Of a stretch of 64,000 bases of DNA, positions 59,186 through 64,000 are shown piece after piece. This stretch comes from Mobula hypostoma (taxonomy: Eukaryota): the NCBI RefSeq assembly GCF_963921235.1, contig NC_086109.1, positions 15,936,001-16,000,000 of the forward strand. Reading direction: 5' to 3'. Below the pieces are notes generated by a model that was not told the origin of the DNA, did not search any database, and saw nothing but the letters and a program-made list of their open reading frames with translations. The number at the start of each line of letters is the position of its first letter. Positions within the stretch are counted from its first letter, which is position 1. The position numbers and the translations under genes were made by a program.

Positions 59186-60786
59186 GTCTAACATTGTATG
59201 CTGACAAACATCAAGTAATATTCACAGCATAAAAATGCTAACTAATGACCACCTCGCACAAAAAGGAGATAAATCCAGTCCTTGGCATTCAACATCATTA
59301 CCCTGGCTAAGTTCCATGCTCTCAATGCACTGGAATTCACTGGGACTGGCAACTGAGCCAGCTGCAGATGTACAGGCTACAAGAGCAGCAGGATAAGCTG
59401 ATTAATTTGAGCCTTTCTATCACTGGTGAGGTATGCCAGGAGTGTTTTGTGGTACTGTACGCTAGTCTGGATGAGTGAAGCTCAAAGAACACTCAGGAAC
59501 TGCCACACCATTCAAAACAAAGCATTGTATTTGATTGGCATCTACCCCAAAGATTCACTCACTCTGTCACTGATGCATTATGGCTGCAGTGTATACTATG
59601 CAAAATGTGCACTGAGGCACCTCACCAAGGCTTCTTGGAAACATCTCCTGCAACTGCTCTCCTCCTTCTAGATGGATAGAAACCTCACTGTCTCCAGGTG
59701 CCTGTCCAAATCATGCACCATTCTGAAAATGACTTTATCATTGCAGGCTCTAGATCCCCCAGCAGAGTTACAGGATGGCCGAGTGACAGTCCGGAATGGA
59801 CAAGAAATGGAATTGGTATGGCGGTCATGAAGAAATGAAATGAGAAAACAGTAATCTCCACAAAAGAAAAATATTGAGGCTGGAGCTCAAGTGAAAATTT
59901 CAACAGTGCCATTAATAATAAACACAAGAGAAACTGCAGATACGGGAAATCTTGAGCAACGCACACATGCACACAATGCTGGAGGAACTGAGCAAATCAG
60001 GCAGCATCTCTGGAGGAGAATAGTTTCAGCCCTTTACCTTTATCACCTGTCACCTCCTAGCCTCTTACTTTATCTTCCCTCCTCCATCCACCCACCTTCT
60101 CCCTACCTGGTCTCACCTATCACCTGTCAAGGCAAGACAAAGTTCATTTATTATCAAAGTACGTATGCATTATGCAAATCTGAGATTCATCTTCTCCAGA
60201 TAGCCACGAAACAAAGAAAAACCATGGAAGTCAGTTCAGAAAGGAAAACAGCAAATCCACCAACATGATCGTCAGCCCCCTAAACTCCCTCTCCCCTTGC
60301 ACAAAATGCAAAAAGAACATCGACCCCCAAAGTTCTCTCCCGTCACATGAAACACAACAAGACCATCGATCCCCAAATCCCCCTCCCCCACACAAAAAGA
60401 ACAAGAAAGAACAGCAAAAACACAGAATATAAAAACCATAACCAGCATTTTTATGCTGTGAATATTACCTGATGTTTGTCAGCATACAATGTTAGACAGT
60501 AAGACCATAAAACATAGAAGCAGAATTAGGCCATTCAGCCCATTGTCTGTTTCACTGTTCAATCATGGCTGATTTATTTTCCCTCTCAAACCCATTCTGC
60601 ATGCCTTCACCCTGTAATTTTTGACACCTTTACTAATTAAGAACCTATCAACATCCACTTTAAATACACCTGATGTCTTGGCCTACACAGCTATCTGTGG
60701 CAATGAATTCCACAGATTTGCCAACCTCTGGTTAAAAAATTCTTCCTCATCTCTGTTCTATTTTTATAAAAATAGGACCTTCTATT
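58897..60786. repeat. 343-bp inverted repeat (58897-59239 and 60444-60786) with a 1.2-kb spacer
   Basis: The arms align without gaps, with about 21 mismatches counted by eye (~94% identity). Confidence 0.92.
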
Positions 60787-61429
60787 TCCCTCCCCCTCTC
60801 AACTTTTTAATCCTGGCTTCTGTCCCCTCCTTTTCCAGCCCTAATGAAATGTTGATTCCCCTCCATAGATGGTGACTGACTAGAATCAATAATTTCTTGC
60901 TGGTTCTGGTTATCAAGGTAAAGAATGGAGCTAGCATTCAGAGAAGCAATGATGTATGTGAAAGTTGGAACAGCTCAAGTGGAACCATTCTCTTCACAGT
61001 GTGTCTGATTCACCTGGGTGACTCATGACTCCTATAATGAAATCACTTGGACTATGGTAAATGAAGGAAAGGTTAACTCAATTATGCAATTAACTGGAAT
61101 GGTTTGAAGGTAATTATGGAAGGGTGAATCCCGCATAGATATACATGTAAAAATAACCAGGGCGGGGGAAGTATAAAAAAGCAAATTCTCGTCCAATTTT
61201 GGGTTTAAACATGTCATTGATTTAAAAATTACACACCACATACATAAACCAAAAACGCTATGTTACTCTGCAGACTTGTATTTTGACCTTTCCAATCATG
61301 CTTTTAAAAGACTGTGGGTATTGAGGTTCACAGAATTATGTGAAAGCCATAATTAAACTCAATCTTCGATTCAGTAGTAGCAATTTGATAATTAGAAGTT
61401 TGGCATGACCCCTTTGAGCCTCACCATTT

Positions 61430-61890
61430 TTTATTGATGCACCATGGAGCACATCCTATCTGGATGCATTGTGACTTGGAATGGCAGCTGCTCTGACTGC
61501 ATGAAACTGCAGAGAGCTGAGGCCTCATCGCAGTGCATCACTGTCACTCCAAGGACTCTGTCTACACTTCCTGCTGTCTCACTGAAGAGGCCAAAATAAT
61601 CAGAACCCCACTCACCCAGACATCCTCTCTTCTCCCTCTGCCCATTAGGCAGAAGCTATAAAAGCTTGAAAACATATACCACCGGGCCTGAAAGGACAGC
61701 TTCTATCCCTCTGTTATTAAACTATTGAACAGACCCCTAGTACAATAAAATAGACTTTTGACTTCACAAACTGCTTCATTATGGCCGTGCACCTTATTGT
61801 CTGTCTGCACTGCACTTTCTCTGTAACTGTAACACTTTATTCTGCATTCATGTTATTTTCCCGTGCACTACCTTAATGCAATGTATATGT
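61430..61890 (+). mobile_element. Decayed Rex1/Babar 3' fragment
   Basis: ESILSGCIVTWNGSCS-like and PLGRSYKSLKT..KDSFYPSVIKLLN motifs. Confidence 0.7.
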
Positions 61891-62445
61891 GACACAAACC
61901 AGTTCCAGTTCCTTTGCCAACAACCTTACAAAGTTATAGAACATTGAGCACTATAACACAGTACAGGCCATTTGGCCCACAATGTGTGCCAACTTTTAAC
62001 CTGCTGCAAGACCTTTCTAACCTTTCCCTTCCACATAGCCCTCCATTTTACTTTTATTCATGTGCCTATCTGAGGGTCTCGTAAATATCACCAGTGTTGG
62101 TTCAGATCGCTGCTTGTAGCGGCAAAACACAATGTTCGGACAGATAGTTAAGTGCCGGGCCACATTGAAAACATCAGGGTGTTGGGGCCCGAGGAGAGGT
62201 AGGGGCTGGTTCAGATCACTGCTCCACGATGTTTACTCGGCTCTGCACTGAACTATGGGACTCTCTTTGTGGACCTTAGGTCAGAAACGTTATTCGCTTG
62301 TGGTTACTGTTTGCATGATTTTTTTTCAGTGCACATTTGGGTGTTCGATTGGGGTCTTCTTTTTTATGGGTTCTTTTATTCTTTTTTATGTGCATGATGT
62401 GGTTTTATTCTCTGCACATTGGGTGTTACATAGTTTTTATATATA

Positions 62446-63343
62446 TGTAACCAGGTGACTGTTGAATGTCTTTTTGTATTGTTAGATTGCACTTATGATT
62501 TCACCTTGCTAATGCTAAAATGGCTGCCTGTGCCTTTAAGAGAGAATGGTGATGTCATTTTGCACGTGTGGAGTAGAACGAAGAGTTGCCATGTTCTAGA
62601 AAGGACGACGTTCAAATGCTTTTCCCAGATTTGGTGAGGAAAGGTGAATAATATTTGATAATATCCATGTAAATTCATTTATACTTGTTTGTAAATCTAG
62701 AATATCAGTAATTTGATGTGATTTACATGTGGATGCTTTAGATTTTCATGAGTAAATTGATCAGCACTGATTGCGAAGTTCCTTAATCAGTATACTAGGT
62801 TAGTCTTTTAATAATTCAACTGCAAGGCAATATATTGTAAAAGGTTATTTTTCTTTCTTTATTGTTTCATGACCGAATGTGAATGTAACAGAGTAATGTG
62901 AATGCGTTAATCTCTGTTCATGTAGCATGAGCGAGGAGAACTCATTTCAAGGTCTATCCTATATGTGTTTGGAAGTTAAGCACGTGTGTGTCAAAGGTGA
63001 GTATATCTCTTAGTTAAGATGAGATGTATTTATTCATATTTTTGATGTTGTGTATAAGGTACAGGGTTGGTGGGATTCTAACATTGTATTGTTTTTTTAG
63101 AGTTGCCACTACTGTATGGGTTTTGTATATTTTGTTTTAGTTATTTTCATACTGCATATGTAACAAAGGTGTGGTCTGAAGTTAAACTGAGATTTTAATA
63201 GCAGGAACCGTTTTTTTAAAATTTATTTTGTCATTTTCATTTTGATACCCTCTTTCTGCAATAAAACATCTAAAACAGATAAAGGAATTTAAGACTCGAA
63301 AAAGTATTTGTTGTCCTGTGTGTGTATTTTTCCCCAGGTTACA
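62446..63343 (+). mobile_element. Solo LTR (898 bp) in a (TA)n tract
   Basis: Termini tgtaaccagg..ccaggttaca (9/10 inverted match). Flanked by atata (62441-62445 and 63344-63348). AATAAA at 63260-63265. Confidence 0.8.
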
Positions 63344-63559
63344 ATATATATATGTTTTCTTTGAGTGCCTTTGTCCTGTGGCTACCTGTTAGGAGACGAA
63401 TCTCAAGGCTGTATAATTTATACACACTTTGATAATAAATGTACTTGAAACTTCAAACAATGTACCTGCATCTATTATAATCCTGGCAGCATGTTCGACA
63501 CACTCACCATTCTCTCTAAAAAAAAACTACCTCTGACATACTCCTGTTCTTTCCTCCAG

Positions 63560-64000
63560 TCACCTTGTTTACACAAACATTCCCGACGTGTACCAGACGG
63601 AGCCCTGCCCCCACCTCGGTTACTCAGACCACGTCTCTGTTATTCTAATCCCAGCATACAGACCGCTCGTCAGGCGCTCCAGACCAGTTCAGAAGCAGGT
63701 GAAAACCTGGCCAGCAGGAGCCATCTCTGCTCTTCAAGACTGCTTTGAGCACACTGACTGGCACATGTTCAGGGAGGCTGCAACCGATGGCGACTCTACC
63801 AACTTAGAGGAGTACAGTACACGGCATCTGTGACTAGCTACATCAGCGAGTGCATTGATGACATCACTGTGGCCAGAACCATTACTACACACGCTAACCA
63901 GAAGCCATAGATGACCGCGGAGGTGCGTGCACTGCTGAGGACCCGTGACTCCGTCTTCAGAGCAGGCAACTAACAATAGCGAGGGCCAAACTGTCCCGGG
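63560..64000 (+). mobile_element. Rex1/Babar ORF fragment (end of endonuclease and linker), runs off the window
   Basis: [49 protein letters not shown], with a frameshift and a stop. Confidence 0.85.

Overview
This is a 64-kb vertebrate non-genic (intergenic or deep intronic) window made mostly of nested transposable elements. The repeat families present (HER1-like CR1 LINEs, an HE1/V-SINE-like SINE, Rex1/Babar, Penelope-like elements) suggest a cartilaginous fish, probably a ray; that assignment is an inference. I found no host protein-coding exon I can support, and most ORFs in the track are LINE fragments or their antisense shadows. Main items: (1) an apparently full-length L1-clade element with both ORFs open (~34962-40886; ORF1 299 aa, ORF2 1258 aa with endonuclease, RT and CCHC knuckle), with a TSD, inserted in ORF1 of an old CR1; (2) three long CR1 copies with SGNH-esterase ORF1; (3) Penelope-like termini carrying a minimal type I hammerhead ribozyme, intact at 52394-52429, plus several fold-back copies whose inversion junctions fall inside the ribozyme; (4) four dissimilar solo LTRs with TG..CA ends and TSDs; (5) hAT/Charlie and Tc1 relics; (6) a 343-bp local inverted duplication that spans a TE-TE junction; (7) several TE-free islands rich in homeodomain-type motifs that may be conserved enhancers. 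I cannot support a wholly new biological system. The most interesting leads are mechanistic. Family names come from recalled motifs, not database searches, and identity values were counted by eye.
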